A stretch of 64,000 nucleotides of DNA from the human T2T-CHM13v2.0 reference genome, Homo sapiens. The stretch lies in NCBI RefSeq assembly GCF_009914755.1, contig NC_060940.1. One strand, written 5' to 3'. A model generated the notes under the pieces. The model saw only the letters and a program-made list of their open reading frames with translations. It was not told the DNA's origin and did not search any database. The translations under genes were made by a program, and so were the position numbers. Positions 61,839-64,000 of the stretch are shown here, in pieces; the stretch's first letter is position 1; each line of letters begins with the position of its first letter.

Positions 61839-64000
61839 CCCTCTCCCTCTCCCTCCTCTCCCTCCTCTCCCTCCTCTCCCTCCTCTCCCTCTCCCTCTCC
61901 CTCTCCCCACGGTCTCCCTCTCCCTCTCTTTCCACGGTCTCCCTCTCATGCTGAGCCGAAGCTGGACTGTACTGCTGCCATCTCGGCTCACTGCAACCTC
62001 CCTGCCTGACTCTCCTGACTCAGCCTGCCGAGTGCCTGCGATTGCAGACTCACGCCGCCTCGCCTGACTGGTTTTGGTGGAGACGGGGTTTCGCTGTGTT
62101 GGCCAGGCCGGTCTCCAGCCCCTAACCGCACGTGATCCACCAGCCTCGGCCTCCTGGGGATTGCAGATGGAGTCTCGTTCACTCAGTGCTCAATGGTGCC
62201 CCGGCTGGAATGCAGTAGCGTGATCTCGGCTCGCTACAACCTCCACCTCCCAGCCGCCTGCCTTGGCCTCCCAAAGTGCCGAGATTGCAGCCTCTGCCCG
62301 GCCGCCACCCCGTCTGGGAAGTGAGGAGCATCTCTGCCTGGCCGCCCATCATCTGGGATGTGAGGAGCCCCTCTGCCTGGCTGCCCAGTCTGGAAAGTGA
62401 GGAGCGTCTCCGCCCGGCCGCCATCCCACCTAGGAAGTGAGGAGCACCTCTGCCCGGCCGCCATCACATCTAGGAAGTGAGGAGCGTCTCTGCCCGGCTG
62501 CCCATCGTCTGAGATGTGGGGAGCACCTCTGCCCCGCCGCCCCGTCTGGGATGTGAGGAGCACCTCTGCCCGGCCGCAACCCCGTCTGGGAGGTGAGGAG
62601 CATCTCTGCCCGGCCACCCCGTCTGAGAAGTGAGGAGCCCCTCCGCCTGGCAGCCGCCCCGTCTGGGAAGTGAGGAGCCCCTCCGCCCGGCAGCCGCCCC
62701 GTCTGGGAAGTGAGGAGCGTCTCCGCCCGGCAGCCACCCCATCCGGGAGGGAGGTGGGGGGGTCAGCCCCCCGCCCCACCAGCCGCCCCATCCAGGAGGG
62801 AGGTGGGGGGGTCAGCCCCCTGCCCGGCCAGCCGCCCATCCGGGAGGGAGGTAGGGGGGTCAGCCCCCCGCCAGGCCAGCCGCCCCGTCTGGGAGGGAGG
62901 TGGGGGCATCAGCCCCCCGCCCGGCCAGCCGCCCCATCCAGGAGTGAGGTGGGGGGGTCAGCCCCCCACCCGGCCAGCTGCCCCGTCCAGGAGGTGAGGG
63001 GCGCCTCTGCCCGGCCACCCCTACTGGGAAGTGAGGAGCCCCTCTGCCCGGCCAGCCGCCCCGTCCGGGAGGGAAGTGGGGGGGTCAGCCCCCCGCCCGG
63101 CCAGCCGCCCCATCTTGGAGGGAGGTGGGGGGATCAGCCCCCCGCCCGGCCAGCCGCCCCGTCCGGGAGGGAGGTGGGGGGGTCAGCCCCTCGCCCGGCC
63201 AGCCGCCCCATCCGGAAGGGAGGTGGGGGGGTCAGCCCCCCGCCAGGCCAGCCGCCCCGTCCGGGACGGAGACGGGTTGGGGGGTCAGCCCCCCACCCGG
63301 CCAGCCGCCCCGTCCGGGAGGTGAGGGGTGCCTCTGCCCGGCCGCCCCTACTGGGAAGTGAGGAGCCCCTCTGCCCGGCCAGCCGCCCCATCCGGGATGG
63401 AGGTGGGGGGGTCAGCCCCCCGCCTGGCCAGCCGCCCCATCCGGGAGGTGAGGGGCGCCTCTGCCCGGCCGCCCCTACTGGGAAGTGAGGAGCCCCTCTG
63501 CCCGGCCAGCCGCCCCATCTGGGAGAGAGGTGGGGGGGGTCAGCCCCCCGCCCGGCCAGCCGCCCCGTCCGGGAGGGAGGTGGGGGGGTCAGCCCCCCGC
63601 CCGGCCAGCCCCCCCATCCGGGAAGTGAGGGGCGCCTCTGCCCGGCCGCCCCTGCTGGGAAGTGAGGAGCCCCTCTGCCCGGCCACCACCCCGTCTGGGA
63701 GGTGTGCCCAACAGCTCATTGAGGGCGGGCCAGGATGACAATGGCGGCTTTGTGGAATGGAGAGGCGGGAAATGTGGGGAAAAGATTGAGAAATCGGATG
63801 GTTGCTGTGTCTGTGTAGAGAGAGGTAGACATGGGAGACTTTTCATTTTGTTCTGTACTGGGAAAGGTTCTTCTGCCTTGGGATCCTGTTGATCTGTGAC
63901 CTTACCCCCAACCCTGTGCTCTCTGAAACATGTGCTGTGTCCACTCAGGGTTGAATGGATTAAGGGCGGTGCAAGATGTGCTTTGTTAAACAGATGCTTG
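61839..64000 (+). mobile_element. SVA retrotransposon (D/F-like), continuing beyond the window
   Basis: CCCTCT hexamer head 61839-61904, antisense Alu-like domain ~61905-62290, GC-rich VNTR ~62290-63700, SINE-R (HERV-K env/LTR) from ~63702; likely 5' TSD aaaaatataattctatt 61822-61838. Confidence 0.97.

Noticed and set aside
62290-63700. Repeat array or CpG island resembling a CRISPR array or host promoter
   Set aside because: Units are tandem SVA VNTR monomers with no unique spacers; the context is primate DNA
62179-63892. Pro/Gly/Arg-rich ORFs of up to 272 aa
   Set aside because: Translation of the GC-rich SVA VNTR

Overview
Hominoid (most likely human) non-coding genomic DNA that is dominated by transposable elements. 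I can support no host protein-coding exon, RNA gene or CRISPR array. The larger ORFs in the track come from LINE-1, Alu, the SVA VNTR or a microsatellite. Main contents: (1) nested old L1M elements with AluYa5-like and AluSp insertions (1-5.1 kb). (2) A background of L2/MIR/MaLR/hAT fossils. (3) An ~870-bp pure (YA)n microsatellite grown inside an Alu target-site duplication (16.0-16.9 kb). (4) A THE1 solo LTR. (5) A near full-length, inactivated L1PA3/4 (39036-45171) carrying a ~137-bp 3' transduction inside a perfect 16-bp TSD. (6) An MLT1 provirus remnant. (7) A twin-primed, 5'-inverted L1PA (58.8-60.6 kb). (8) An SVA running off the right edge, whose SINE-R shows a cluster of A-to-G changes resembling fossilised ADAR editing. 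I found no new gene system; the best leads are retrotransposition-mechanism footprints and an unexplained ~85-bp local duplication. Subfamily calls rest on remembered consensus sequences and need RepeatMasker/Dfam confirmation.
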